Source: Phycisphaerales bacterium (GTDB lineage Bacteria > Planctomycetota > Phycisphaerae > Phycisphaerales > UBA1924). Taken from it: a stretch of 64,000 nt of DNA. The stretch lies in assembly GCA_965227775.1 (NCBI GenBank), contig OZ245777.1:3040001-3104000 (forward strand), written 5' to 3'. The notes under the pieces are model-generated. The model was not told the origin of the DNA. It saw only the letters and a program-made list of their open reading frames with translations, and did not search any database. The stretch's first letter is position 1. The number at the start of each line of letters is the position of its first letter. Positions 9,988-19,151 of this stretch are shown here, piece after piece. The position numbers and the translations under genes are program-made.

Positions 9988-10539
9988 TCACGCGCCGGCG
10001 GTCTTGCCCTCCTTGCGGATGATCGTCTCGTCGCTGTACTTGATGCCCTTGCCATTGTACGGCTCGGGCTTGCGGACCGCACGCACCTCGGCGGCAAACT
10101 GACCCACCGACTGCTTGTCGTAGCCGGTCACCGTCACGGTTTGCTTCTCCACCTTCACGTCCACGCCCTGGGGGATGGTTTTGAAGATCGGGTTGGCAAA
10201 GCCGACGATCAGCTTCAGGCGGTTGCCTTCGACCGTCGCGGTGTAACCCACGCCCTGAACCTCGAGCACCTTGGTGTAGCCCTGGCTGACACCGTGGATG
10301 TTGTTCTCGACGATCGAGCGGCTGGTGCCCCACAGGCTCTTGGCCCGGCGGTCACCCTCTTTGCCCTCGGGCACTGCGAGCGACAGCGTCTGCTCGCCCT
10401 CGTCCCACGCGACGCTCACCAGCGGGTGCACCTCATGCGAGAGCGACCCCTTGGATCCCTCGACGCGCACGGTCTGACCGTCGACGTTCACCTTGACGCC
10501 CTTGGGCACGGAGATGGGCTTCTTGCCGATGCGTGACAT
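9988..10539 (-). CDS. rplF: 50S ribosomal protein L6
   Basis: MSRIGKKPI, RKPEPYNGKGIKY. Confidence 0.98.
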   Translation of the reverse strand: MSRIGKKPISVPKGVKVNVDGQTVRVEGSKGSLSHEVHPLVSVAWDEGEQTLSLAVPEGKEGDRRAKSLWGTSRSIVENNIHGVSQGYTKVLEVQGVGYTATVEGNRLKLIVGFANPIFKTIPQGVDVKVEKQTVTVTGYDKQSVGQFAAEVRAVRKPEPYNGKGIKYSDETIIRKEGKTAGA

Positions 10540-10595
10540 TGCGAATCAACCTCCTCGGCTCACCGGGTCGCCGGCGGCCGGACTTTGCCCTTGGC

Positions 10596-10994
10596 TTACT
10601 GGACCACCGCCAGCAGTTCGCCGCCCACGCGCTCGTTGCGGCACTTGCGATCGCTCATCACGCCCCGGCTGGTCGACACGACCGCGATGCCCATGCCCTG
10701 CAGCGGGCGGGGCAGGTCGTCGACGCCGTTGTAGACGCGACGGCCCGGCTTGCTGACGCGCGTCAGCGACGCAATCAGCGGCTCGCCGGCAGCCCCATAA
10801 CGGAGCGACACCCGAAGGATGCCCTGGCGCCCATCTTCAACCACTTCGAAGCCCTCGACATAGCCCTCGTCCTGGAGGACCTGGGCGACGCCGCGGCACA
10901 CCTTGCTGTTCAGGCAGTCCACCTTGCGGCTGCGGTTGCGCAGCCCGTTGCGGATCCGCGTGAGCATGTCCGAGATCGGATCGTTGACCGACAT
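10596..10994 (-). CDS. rpsH: 30S ribosomal protein S8
   Basis: DPISDMLTRIRN, VSKPGRRVY, STSRGVM, GGELL. Confidence 0.98.
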   Translation of the reverse strand: MSVNDPISDMLTRIRNGLRNRSRKVDCLNSKVCRGVAQVLQDEGYVEGFEVVEDGRQGILRVSLRYGAAGEPLIASLTRVSKPGRRVYNGVDDLPRPLQGMGIAVVSTSRGVMSDRKCRNERVGGELLAVVQ

Positions 10995-11113
10995 CGTTTC
11001 CGATGACCTCCTGCCCGGCCCCACGGGGCTCGAGCCTTACCTGACCGCCGTTCGTGCCCGTGTCTCGGGCCGGCGCGTGTGCCTGACGAAAGAGCCTCTG
11101 CCGCCCTCGATAT

Positions 11114-11299
11114 CTACCAACTTGCCTTACGCATGCCCGGAATCTTGCCCTCGTGGGCCAGCTTGCGGAGCATGATGCGGCTGATGCGGAACTTGCGGTA
11201 CACCCCGCGAGACCGCCCGGTCAGCTCGCACCGACGCACGGTGCGCGTCGAGTACTTGGGCGTCTTGTTGCTCTTTGCGATCTGTGCCTTGGTCGCCAT
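11114..11299 (-). CDS. rpsN: 30S ribosomal protein S14 (61 aa, lacking the zinc-finger cysteines)
   Basis: [15 protein letters not shown]...[11 protein letters not shown]; lies between rplE and rpsH. Confidence 0.96.
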   Translation of the reverse strand: MATKAQIAKSNKTPKYSTRTVRRCELTGRSRGVYRKFRISRIMLRKLAHEGKIPGMRKASW

Positions 11300-11355
11300 A
11301 CTTCTGCTTCACTCCCGGCGGCCCTAAGCGGCCACCTTGGTGGTTTCAATCTCTC

Positions 11356-12000
11356 TCAGCTGGCCTTCTTCTTCGGCGCGGCGGGCTTGCGGAACGGCAT
11401 GCCCAGGCTCTCGAGCACGGCCCTGCTCTTGGCCTTGTCCGAGTTGCGGAAGACGAAGTTGATGTTCATGCCGTGCGTGAACGTCACGTTGGCCATGTTG
11501 ATTTCCGGGAACACGCCCTGCTCGTTCAGGCCCAACGAGTAGTTGCCGGCCTTGTCAAAGGATGTATCCGAGACGCCCCGAAAGTCCTTGATACGAGGGG
11601 TGGCCAGGTTGATGAACCGGTCGAGGAAGTCCCACATGCGATCGCCACGCATCGTGACCATCGCCGAGGTCTCCATGCCCTCGCGCACCTTGAAATTCGA
11701 GACGCTCTTCTTGGCCTTGACCACCACGGGCTTCTGGCCGGTGATCTGCGTGAGCGTATCGACGACCGTGGCGCGGATGTTCGGCGGCAGCTTCGGGCCG
11801 TCGAGGAAGCGCCCCATGTTGACGTTGATCACGATGCGATCGAGCACCGGCATGGCCATCGGGTTGGTCACGCCGAATTGCTTGGTTACCTCGGCCCGTG
11901 CCTCATCGAGGTAGCGCTTGCGCAGGCGCTGCATCCCCTCGCGGGGTGCGGCGGCCGCCTGAGTGGCGGGGTCGTCCTGGTTGGGCTTGTTCTTGGCCAT
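11356..12000 (-). CDS. rplE: 50S ribosomal protein L5
   Basis: ITGQKPVV, SVSNFKVREG, PRIKDFRG, GMPF. Confidence 0.98.
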   Translation of the reverse strand: MAKNKPNQDDPATQAAAAPREGMQRLRKRYLDEARAEVTKQFGVTNPMAMPVLDRIVINVNMGRFLDGPKLPPNIRATVVDTLTQITGQKPVVVKAKKSVSNFKVREGMETSAMVTMRGDRMWDFLDRFINLATPRIKDFRGVSDTSFDKAGNYSLGLNEQGVFPEINMANVTFTHGMNINFVFRNSDKAKSRAVLESLGMPFRKPAAPKKKAS

Positions 12001-12031
12001 CTCGTATCAGTCCTTCCGAAGAACCGCTGGG

Positions 12032-12391
12032 TTACAGGGTGTCCTTGCTTGCCGACTCGCCGCCCTTGCGCCGCGCCTCGACGGCGAGTACCTTGCCGCC
12101 GCGGACCGCCACGCGCTGCTTCTTGCCATTGCCATCCGACGGGAAGCGGACACGCGTGGGCTTGCCGTCCACCACCGGGCTGACGTTGGAGATGTGGAAG
12201 GGAGCTTCCTTGGTGACGCGGCCTCCCTCTGGGTTGATGCGAGTAGGCTTGACGTTGCGGGTGCGCAGGTTCAGGCCCTTCACGTACACGCGGTCGCGAG
12301 CCGTGTCGATGCGCATCACCTCGCCCGTGCGGCCCTTGTGGTCGCCGCTGGTCACGATCACGTTGTCACCCTTGCGGATATGCCGGGCCAT
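12032..12391 (-). CDS. rplX: 50S ribosomal protein L24
   Basis: IRKGDNVIVTSGDHKG (KOW motif), EAPFHISNV; TGATG overlap with rplN. Confidence 0.97.
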   Translation of the reverse strand: MARHIRKGDNVIVTSGDHKGRTGEVMRIDTARDRVYVKGLNLRTRNVKPTRINPEGGRVTKEAPFHISNVSPVVDGKPTRVRFPSDGNGKKQRVAVRGGKVLAVEARRKGGESASKDTL

Positions 12392-12777
12392 CACACCACC
12401 TCCGGAGCGAGCGAGACGATCTTCATGTAGTTCTTCTCGCGAAGCTCGCGAGCCACCGGCCCGAAGATGCGCGTGCCGCGGGGGTTTCCATCGGGGTTGA
12501 TGAGCACCACGGCGTTGCTGTCGAACTTCACGTACGAGCCATCGGCGCGACGCGTGTTGCGGGCCGTGCGAACGACGACCGCCTTGGACATATCGCCGGG
12601 CTTGATGTCAGCGCCGGGCAAGGCCTTCTTGACCGAGATGAGCACGCGATCGCCAACGCCGGCCGCCGGGCGGGTGTTGTTGCCGCTGGCGCTCGTCCGG
12701 CCGTAGACGCGGATGACGTAGGCCACCTTGGCCCCCGAGTTGTCCGCGACTTCGCATCGTGATTCTTGCTGAAGCAT
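12391..12777 (-). CDS. rplN: 50S ribosomal protein L14
   Basis: [30 protein letters not shown]. Confidence 0.98.
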   Translation of the reverse strand: MLQQESRCEVADNSGAKVAYVIRVYGRTSASGNNTRPAAGVGDRVLISVKKALPGADIKPGDMSKAVVVRTARNTRRADGSYVKFDSNAVVLINPDGNPRGTRIFGPVARELREKNYMKIVSLAPEVV

Positions 12778-12863
12778 GGCTTGCTACTTCCTACGTGCCC
12801 TGTTCTGCCGGGCGTGCGAGACTCGATTCCGACCCTCTTCCATCCGCTAACGGCTCGGGCGAC

Positions 12864-13148
12864 TCAGCCCTTGGAATGCTCCAACACGCGGGCGAGCTTC
12901 CACGACTTGGTCTTGCTCATGGGCCGGCACGGCACCACCTCGACGCGATCGCCAACCTGGGCCTGGTTGCCCTCGTCGTGGGCGTGCAGGATGGTCCGTC
13001 GGCGGACGTACTTGCCGTACTTGGGGTGCTTGGCCACGTAGCTCACGACGACCTTGATGGTCTTGTCGCGGCCGGCGGTCGTCACCTCGCCTACGCGGGC
13101 GCCCTTGGCCTTGTCAGTCTGCGTCGTGGTGGCGGTGTTGTCGCTCAT
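12864..13148 (-). CDS. rpsQ: 30S ribosomal protein S17
   Basis: HPKYGKY, HAHDE, CRPMSKTKSW. Confidence 0.97.
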   Translation of the reverse strand: MSDNTATTTQTDKAKGARVGEVTTAGRDKTIKVVVSYVAKHPKYGKYVRRRTILHAHDEGNQAQVGDRVEVVPCRPMSKTKSWKLARVLEHSKG

Positions 13149-13199
13149 GCGTGTACGTTCTCTTCTTGTCGGTGTGCCCGAACCGCGATTCGATCCTGC

Positions 13200-13403
13200 T
13201 TAGCCGGCCTGCTTTGCGAGCTGCCTGGCCGAACGCTCGGTCATCAGGCGTGCGATGTCCTTGCGGGTCTTGGAGAACTCGCTGTTGTCCTCGACCTTCT
13301 CGGTGGCCGCCTGCACGCGCAGCTGGAACAAACGCTTGCGCAGCCGGACGAGCTCGGCCTGGATCTCGTTGTTGTCGAGCTTGCGAACTTCTTCGCCGGT
13401 CAT
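13200..13403 (-). CDS. rpmC: 50S ribosomal protein L29
   Basis: MTGEEVRKL...LFQLR...RKDIARLMT; lies between rplP and rpsQ. Confidence 0.95.
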   Translation of the reverse strand: MTGEEVRKLDNNEIQAELVRLRKRLFQLRVQAATEKVEDNSEFSKTRKDIARLMTERSARQLAKQAG

Positions 13404-13468
13404 GACGCCTTCTCCAACACCCGCGCCTCGGCGGGCCACAATTCGTTCGTTTCTCGGCACAGTGCCTC

Positions 13469-13897
13469 TTAGCCCACCGTGGTCCGTCGCTTGACGAATC
13501 GGCAACGGATGGGCATCTTCATGGCCATGCGCTTCATCGCTTCGCGAGCCATCTCCTCGGGCACGCCGGCCAGCTCGTAGAGCATGGTGCCCGGGCGGAC
13601 GCGCGCCGCCCAGTAGTCCACGTCGGCCTTGCCCTTACCCATGCGCTGCTCAAGGGGCTTCTTGCTGACGGGCTTGTCGGGGAACACGCGGATGAACAGC
13701 TTGCCCTGACGCTTGAGGTAGTGCGTCGACGCGATGCGGCCCGCTTCAATCTGATTGCTCTTGAGCCAGCAACCTTCGAGAGCCTGAAGCCCATAGTCGC
13801 CAAACGCGACGTAGTTTCCCTTGGTCGCCTTGCGATCGCGAACGCGGCGGAACTCCTTGCGGAACTTCACTCGCTTTGGGATCTTGTACGGTGGCAT
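13469..13897 (-). CDS. rplP: 50S ribosomal protein L16
   Basis: PKRVKFRK, QIEAGR, RMGKGK. Confidence 0.98.
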   Translation of the reverse strand: MPPYKIPKRVKFRKEFRRVRDRKATKGNYVAFGDYGLQALEGCWLKSNQIEAGRIASTHYLKRQGKLFIRVFPDKPVSKKPLEQRMGKGKADVDYWAARVRPGTMLYELAGVPEEMAREAMKRMAMKMPIRCRFVKRRTTVG

Positions 13898-13960
13898 CGA
13901 TCAAACCCTTCCTGGCGGCCGTCGAACGCTTCGAGCGGCCGAGTGTTCCTGCGTCCCTTT

Positions 13961-14668
13961 TTACCTGCGACCCCGGCTGCGAACACGAGCGCCCGCGGCC
14001 TTTGAGGTTGTCTCCTCGTCCTGGGCCTCGTACTCGCCCTTGTAGATCCACACCTTCACGCCGATGCGACCGGCGGTAGTGCGGGCCTCTTCGAAGCCGT
14101 AGTCGATGTTCGCCTGCAGCGTCGAGAGCGGCAGTGCACCCAGACGCACGTCGAGGCGGCGGCTCATCTCGGCGCCACCCAGGCGGCCCGAGATCTGGAT
14201 CTTCACGCCCTTGGCGCCGTTCTGCATCACGCTCTCGGCACGCATCTTCACAACGCGACGGAAGCTGCTGCGGCGGCTGAGCTGCTCGGCCACGTTGGCG
14301 GCCACGAGCTGTGCGCTCATGTCGGGGTTCTTGATCTCGATGATCTTGATCGAGACCTTGCGGCCGGTCATCAGCTGCAACTCTTCGGTCATGCGCTCGA
14401 CTTCGGCACCCTTGGGGCCGATCACCACGCCCGGGCGAGCTGTGCGGATGAGCACAACGAGCTCCTCACGGGTACGCTCGATCTCAACGCTCGCAACGGC
14501 GGCGTGCGGACGGCCGGGGTTGCGGTTGAGCCGCTTATCGAGATACTCGCGGATCTTCTGGTCTTCGACGAGCAGCTCGCCGTAGATGGCCTTGGGCGCG
14601 TACCAGCGGCTGCGGTGGGCTTCGGTGACTCCCAGGCGGAAGCCGAAGGGGTGGATCTTCTGTCCCAT
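13961..14668 (-). CDS. rpsC: 30S ribosomal protein S3
   Basis: MGQKIHPFGFRLG, ARPGVVIG, SGRLGGAEMSR, GVKVWIYKG. Confidence 0.98.
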   Translation of the reverse strand: MGQKIHPFGFRLGVTEAHRSRWYAPKAIYGELLVEDQKIREYLDKRLNRNPGRPHAAVASVEIERTREELVVLIRTARPGVVIGPKGAEVERMTEELQLMTGRKVSIKIIEIKNPDMSAQLVAANVAEQLSRRSSFRRVVKMRAESVMQNGAKGVKIQISGRLGGAEMSRRLDVRLGALPLSTLQANIDYGFEEARTTAGRIGVKVWIYKGEYEAQDEETTSKAAGARVRSRGRR

Positions 14669-15213
14669 TACGCTCGCTCCTGGACGCCCACGGTGATGTG
14701 GCTGGTCTGCTTGATGATGGGGTGGGCCCGGCCACGGTCCTTGGGGCGGAACCGCTTGATCTGCGGGCCCTCATCGACGCGGCTCTCGACCACGAACAGC
14801 TCGGTCACGTCCGCGTCGGCCTGCTCGGCGTCGGCGATGGCCGCGTTGAGGGCCTTGGACATGTTGTCTGAGGCGCGCTTCTGGCTGAAGTTCAGCAGGT
14901 TGAGCGCTTCGTCCACCGACTTGCCGCGGATGAGGTCGGCAACCAGCCGGGCCTTCTGCGTGCTGCCGCGGTGGAAACGGACCTCGCTGACGAACCGGGC
15001 GATGTCCCGCGGCTCGGCGTTGACCACGCGGGCCAGGGCACGGATGTGCGCCGCCTTGCACGTGGGCTTCGGGCGACCGGCGAGCCAGTTGCGCACCGCG
15101 CTCTCGGCCTTGGCGCCCGGAAGTCCGAGCGGGCGGACGGCCTCGGCGAGGGCCTCGACATTGGCGCCGGCCTCGTCGGCAAACTTCTTGAGTTGATCGC
15201 TACGCAGTCTCAC
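14668..15213 (-). CDS. rplV: 50S ribosomal protein L22 fused to an N-terminal ~72-aa helix-turn-helix-like domain
   Basis: L22 core: QKARLVADLIRGK, VDEGP, RGRAHPIIKQTSHITV. GTG start at 15213 with GGAG upstream; open frame throughout. Confidence 0.93.
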   Translation of the reverse strand: MRLRSDQLKKFADEAGANVEALAEAVRPLGLPGAKAESAVRNWLAGRPKPTCKAAHIRALARVVNAEPRDIARFVSEVRFHRGSTQKARLVADLIRGKSVDEALNLLNFSQKRASDNMSKALNAAIADAEQADADVTELFVVESRVDEGPQIKRFRPKDRGRAHPIIKQTSHITVGVQERA

Positions 15214-15293
15214 CGATGGATCTCCGAAGTCGTCCGTTTCCTATTACGCATCGAATCGAAAAGTCTCGAATCCGCTTCTAACTCAAGCTGGGC

Positions 15294-15578
15294 CTACTTG
15301 CCCGACTTGATGCCTTCCTTCTTGTTCGTGTGGCCACGGAAGGTACGAGTCAGCGAGAACTCGCCGAGCTTGTGGCCCACCATGTCCTCGGTCACGAACA
15401 CCTCCAGGAACGCACGCCCGTTGTGCACCTGGAACGTGTGGCCCACGAACTCGGGCACGATCGTGCTCCGGCGGGCCCAGGTCTTGATGGGCTCGCGCTC
15501 GCCCGACTCCTGCTGCTTCATCACTTTCGTGTACAGCTTCTCGTCGACGAACGGACCCTTCTTGAGGCTACGACCCAT
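15294..15578 (-). CDS. rpsS: 30S ribosomal protein S19
   Basis: [22 protein letters not shown]. Confidence 0.98.
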   Translation of the reverse strand: MGRSLKKGPFVDEKLYTKVMKQQESGEREPIKTWARRSTIVPEFVGHTFQVHNGRAFLEVFVTEDMVGHKLGEFSLTRTFRGHTNKKEGIKSGK

Positions 15579-15638
15579 GCTTCACGCTCCTGACAGTGCT
15601 TCCAACGCTTGCTCGAACCACTTGTGCCTCGACCACAC

Positions 15639-16499
15639 TCACTTGGACAGCTGCCCGTACCGCTTGCTGCGGCGGCGACGGATGATGAGCTGCGTGCTGT
15701 ACTGCTTCTTGTTGCGGGTGCCGCCGCCCTTGGCGTCCACACCCGTCGGGCTCACCGGCGTGCGGTTGCCCTTGCTCCGGCCCTCACCACCACCCAGCGG
15801 GTGGGCATGGTGGCTCTTGGCAACGCCACGGGTGATCGGCCGGCGCCCGAGGTGACGCGTCAGGCCGGCCTTGCCCAGGCGGCGGTTCTGGTGATCACTG
15901 TTGCCCACGGCCCCCACCACCGCTCGGCAGTCCAGGCTTACGCGGCGCGTCTCGCCCGAGGGCATCACCAGCGTGGCGTACTTGCCCTCGCGGTTGGTCA
16001 GGCGAGCCGACGAACCAGCCGAGCGGCACATCTGGGCACCCTTACCCGGGGCGAGCTCGATGCAGTGCACTTCCATACCTGAAGGGATGAATCGCAGCGG
16101 CATGCAGTTGCCGACGGTGGGCTCCACGGCCGAGTCGCTGGAGGTCTGCAGCGTCATGCCCGTCTTCAGGCCCTTGGGGGCGATGACGTAACGCTTCACG
16201 CCGTCGGCGTACTCCAGCAGCGCGATGTGGCTGGTGCGGTTGGGGTCGTACTCGATGCCGATGACCTTGCCGGCGATGCCGTCGCGGTCCTTGCGCTTGA
16301 AGTCGATCTTGCGATACATGCGCTTCGCGCCGCCGCCGCGACCGCGGACGGTGATCACGCCGGTGTGGTTGCGGCCGCCCGTCTTCTTGATCGGGCTGAG
16401 CAGCGACTTCTCCGGGCGCTTCTTGTCAACCTCGACATGGAGGTTGACCGAGGCGTTGCGCCGGCCGGGCGAGGTTGGTTTGTAGACACGGATGGCCAT
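15639..16499 (-). CDS. rplB: 50S ribosomal protein L2
   Basis: YKPTSPGRR, EYDPNRTSHIALL, GKAG, HPLGGGEG. Confidence 0.98.
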   Translation of the reverse strand: MAIRVYKPTSPGRRNASVNLHVEVDKKRPEKSLLSPIKKTGGRNHTGVITVRGRGGGAKRMYRKIDFKRKDRDGIAGKVIGIEYDPNRTSHIALLEYADGVKRYVIAPKGLKTGMTLQTSSDSAVEPTVGNCMPLRFIPSGMEVHCIELAPGKGAQMCRSAGSSARLTNREGKYATLVMPSGETRRVSLDCRAVVGAVGNSDHQNRRLGKAGLTRHLGRRPITRGVAKSHHAHPLGGGEGRSKGNRTPVSPTGVDAKGGGTRNKKQYSTQLIIRRRRSKRYGQLSK

Positions 16500-16537
16500 A
16501 GAAAATCTCCGATACTCAGTCGTTGCCTACGCCCGAT

Positions 16538-16816
16538 TCAGAACAGGTCGATGGTCTGGCCTTCGGCCAGTCGCACAATTGCTTTCTTGGTTGGCGGCGC
16601 CTGCACGTAGCCGTACTTGAGGCGACGCTCGCGGTTCTTGCGAACCTGCGTGGTGATGCCCAGCACGCTCACGCCGTACAGCGACTCGACGGCGCGCTTG
16701 ATGCTGGTCTTGTCTGCCCGGCGATCAACCAGGAACGTGTAGCGGTTCTCGTCGGCCATAGCCGCGGTGCTGCGCTCGGTGACGATCGGCTTCTTGATCA
16801 CGGTGCTCGGGTGCAT
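16538..16816 (-). CDS. rplW: 50S ribosomal protein L23
   Basis: PIVTERST, YTFLV, KKAIVRL. Confidence 0.96.
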   Translation of the reverse strand: MHPSTVIKKPIVTERSTAAMADENRYTFLVDRRADKTSIKRAVESLYGVSVLGITTQVRKNRERRLKYGYVQAPPTKKAIVRLAEGQTIDLF

Positions 16817-17523
16817 CAGGCGGCCTCCCCTTCACTAGTTCCGGCCTGAGCGGCGTCGCGGCCTCGGGGGTCGGTCTTGGCGTCCTTGCCGGTCTGCGTG
16901 TGCGGGCCGGCGAGGAAGGCCTCCAGCTCGGCCTTTTCGATGATCACGTAGCGGCTGTTGAGCAGATTCCAAGCGGTCAGCTGATCGCTGCGGCACAAGG
17001 TGATGTCATCGATGTTGCGGGCGCTCAGACGCGCGTCGACGGAACCTTCAGGAAGGGCCAGCAGCACCGTGCGGTCGATCTTGAGGGCCTTCAGCAGGTC
17101 GGCCATCGCCTTGGTCGAGGGCTTGTCGAAGCTGAGGCTATCGACAATGCGGACCTCACTGTCGATCAGCTTGGCAAGCAGTGCGTTGAGGTTCGCCTTG
17201 CGGCGCATCTTCTTGGGCATGGCCTGGCGGAAGTCCTCGCGGGTGCGACGCTTCTCGTGAGCGTGGCCACCCTTGCGGAACTGCGGGGCCTTCTTGTTGC
17301 CGTGGCGTGCACGACCCGTGCCCTTCTGCTTGTAGATCTTGCGGGTCGAACCTGCAATCTCACCACGGCCCTTGGTGCGGGCCGAGCCTTGGCGCAGGTT
17401 GGCGTGGTAGCAGACGTAGGCCTGCTTGATGAGCTGGGGGTTCAGGGTCCCGCCCAAAGTGGCTTCGTCGATCGACATCGAGCCGACCGAATCGCCTTGC
17501 ATGTTGTAGACCGGCACATCCAT
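16816..17523 (-). CDS. rplD: 50S ribosomal protein L4
   Basis: RQGSARTKGRGEI, KIYKQKGTGRARHG, LSARNI; ATG 17523 with AGGAG upstream. Confidence 0.97.
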   Translation of the reverse strand: MDVPVYNMQGDSVGSMSIDEATLGGTLNPQLIKQAYVCYHANLRQGSARTKGRGEIAGSTRKIYKQKGTGRARHGNKKAPQFRKGGHAHEKRRTREDFRQAMPKKMRRKANLNALLAKLIDSEVRIVDSLSFDKPSTKAMADLLKALKIDRTVLLALPEGSVDARLSARNIDDITLCRSDQLTAWNLLNSRYVIIEKAELEAFLAGPHTQTGKDAKTDPRGRDAAQAGTSEGEAA

Positions 17524-17804
17524 CGTGCTCGCTCCTGACGCCTGTGCGACCCTCAAGAAACCGAAGAGGGAGTCGCCTGCCGCACCGGCCCACCCCGGTT
17601 GGGAGTTTCTTCCCCACCTGGCCTACGCAGCCTGGCGGGAGTGGGCTCGGATCAGACTCGGCCGTCTGTTCCACGGGGTGTCGCCGAGTGAGCGGCACCC
17701 CGACCTGTTTGTCTTTACCCGGCGGTTTCGCGTAAGCGACCCTTCGGGCCGCCCCGCCGTCGATGTTCCTCGACGATGGGGCGTTCCATCAACTGCATGC
17801 CCGA
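17524..17804. other. Long, hairpin-rich intergenic spacer between rplC and rplD (candidate structured RNA)
   Basis: Consecutive inverted repeats at 17546-17576, 17588-17646, 17675-17701, 17721-17753 and 17751-17782; no credible ORF. Confidence 0.45.
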
Positions 17805-18506
17805 TCAGCCGGCGGCGGCTTCCTGGGCGGCGGCCTTGCTCGGCCGCAAGCGAATCGCCGGGCGAATGTGGACCACGCCGCCGTTGGCGCCGGGCACGGG
17901 GCCCTTTACCAGCAGCAGGTTGCGGTCTGCCTCAACCCGGATGACGTCGAGATTGCGAACGGTGACGCGCTCGTTGCCCATCTGGCCGTTCATCTTCTTA
18001 CCCTTCTTGATGCGGCCGCTCATGCCAGCGTTGTTGGCATGGCCGCCGATCGATCCGGGCGAACGGTGCTTGCGTTCCACGCCGTGCGTGGCTCGCATGC
18101 CCTTGAAGTTGTGACGCTTCATGGTGCCGGCAAAGCCCTTGCCCTTGCTGGTACCGGTCACATCCACGAACTTGAAGCCTTGGAAGTGCTCAACCGAGAT
18201 GGTCTGGCCCAACTCGAACTCGCCGGCCTCGGCCTCGTCCATGCGATACTCGACGTGGACTGCCTTCGGACCGGTACCGGCCTTGTGGTCGTGGCCCATG
18301 ATCTGGAATGTCGCGCGGCGGGGGCGCGCGTCGTCGCCACCGATCTGGACGGCCGAGTAACCGTCACGCTCATGCGTACGCACCTGGGTGACCACCGCGG
18401 GCTGCACCTCGATCGCCGTGACCGGGATGGACACGCCGCCTTCGAAGACGCGGGTCATGCCGATCTTGCGACCGATGAGTCCCAGCTTGTTGTTTCCGCC
18501 TGCCAT
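17805..18506 (-). CDS. rplC: 50S ribosomal protein L3
   Basis: GRKIGMTRVF, SKGKGFAGTMKRH, HRSPGSIG, KGPVPG. Confidence 0.98.
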   Translation of the reverse strand: MAGGNNKLGLIGRKIGMTRVFEGGVSIPVTAIEVQPAVVTQVRTHERDGYSAVQIGGDDARPRRATFQIMGHDHKAGTGPKAVHVEYRMDEAEAGEFELGQTISVEHFQGFKFVDVTGTSKGKGFAGTMKRHNFKGMRATHGVERKHRSPGSIGGHANNAGMSGRIKKGKKMNGQMGNERVTVRNLDVIRVEADRNLLLVKGPVPGANGGVVHIRPAIRLRPSKAAAQEAAAG

Positions 18507-18589
18507 GATCGTTCGTTCCTTGCTTCGTGGCTCATTGGCCAGAGGAAGCGATGATTCCTATCTGCTGCCGACGCCTCTGCCCGAGTGCG

Positions 18590-18898
18590 TCAGGCCTTGA
18601 TCTTGACGAAGACACCCGCGGGCACCACCAACCGGTTCAGCGCCTCGACCGTGCGGGCGTTGGGCTCGTGGATGTCGATGATCCGCTTATGCGTGCGGAT
18701 CTCGAACTGCTCGCGGCTCTTCTTATCGATGAACGGGCCACGGAGGACCGTGTACCGCTCGATACGAGTCGGCAGGGGGACCGGACCGGCCACTCGGGCG
18801 TTGGTCCGCTTGGCGTGATCCACGATCTCTCGAGCCGAAGCATCGAGGGCGATGTGGTCGTACGCTTCCATCCGAATTCGAATGCGACCGCCTTGCAT
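18590..18898 (-). CDS. rpsJ: 30S ribosomal protein S10
   Basis: [30 protein letters not shown]. Confidence 0.98.
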   Translation of the reverse strand: MQGGRIRIRMEAYDHIALDASAREIVDHAKRTNARVAGPVPLPTRIERYTVLRGPFIDKKSREQFEIRTHKRIIDIHEPNARTVEALNRLVVPAGVFVKIKA

Positions 18899-19151
18899 GA
18901 GCCGGCCAACCTCCTGCCTGCTGGGTTTCACGTCAACCACCCGGCAAGTCCGGGGGGTACTGACCCGCGCCATAGGGGCCGCAGCCCCCGCCACCAGCGC
19001 GGAGAGAAGGATAGATCGTTTCGCATCCCCGTCAACTGCCCAACAGCAGGAATGTGAAGATCGGGCAACCTGCGAGCCTCGCCCTATCCTTATAGAGGGT
19101 CGCGTCGGATTCTCGAAGCATCGGTGGCCCAGAAACCCAAGGAGGGGCTAG

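Noticed and set aside
17524..17804. SRP RNA, RNase P RNA, tmRNA or group II intron as the identity of the rplC-rplD spacer
   Set aside because: No SRP GGAA-loop motif, no GAGGAAAGTCC, no tRNA-like ends and no domain V motif found by eye
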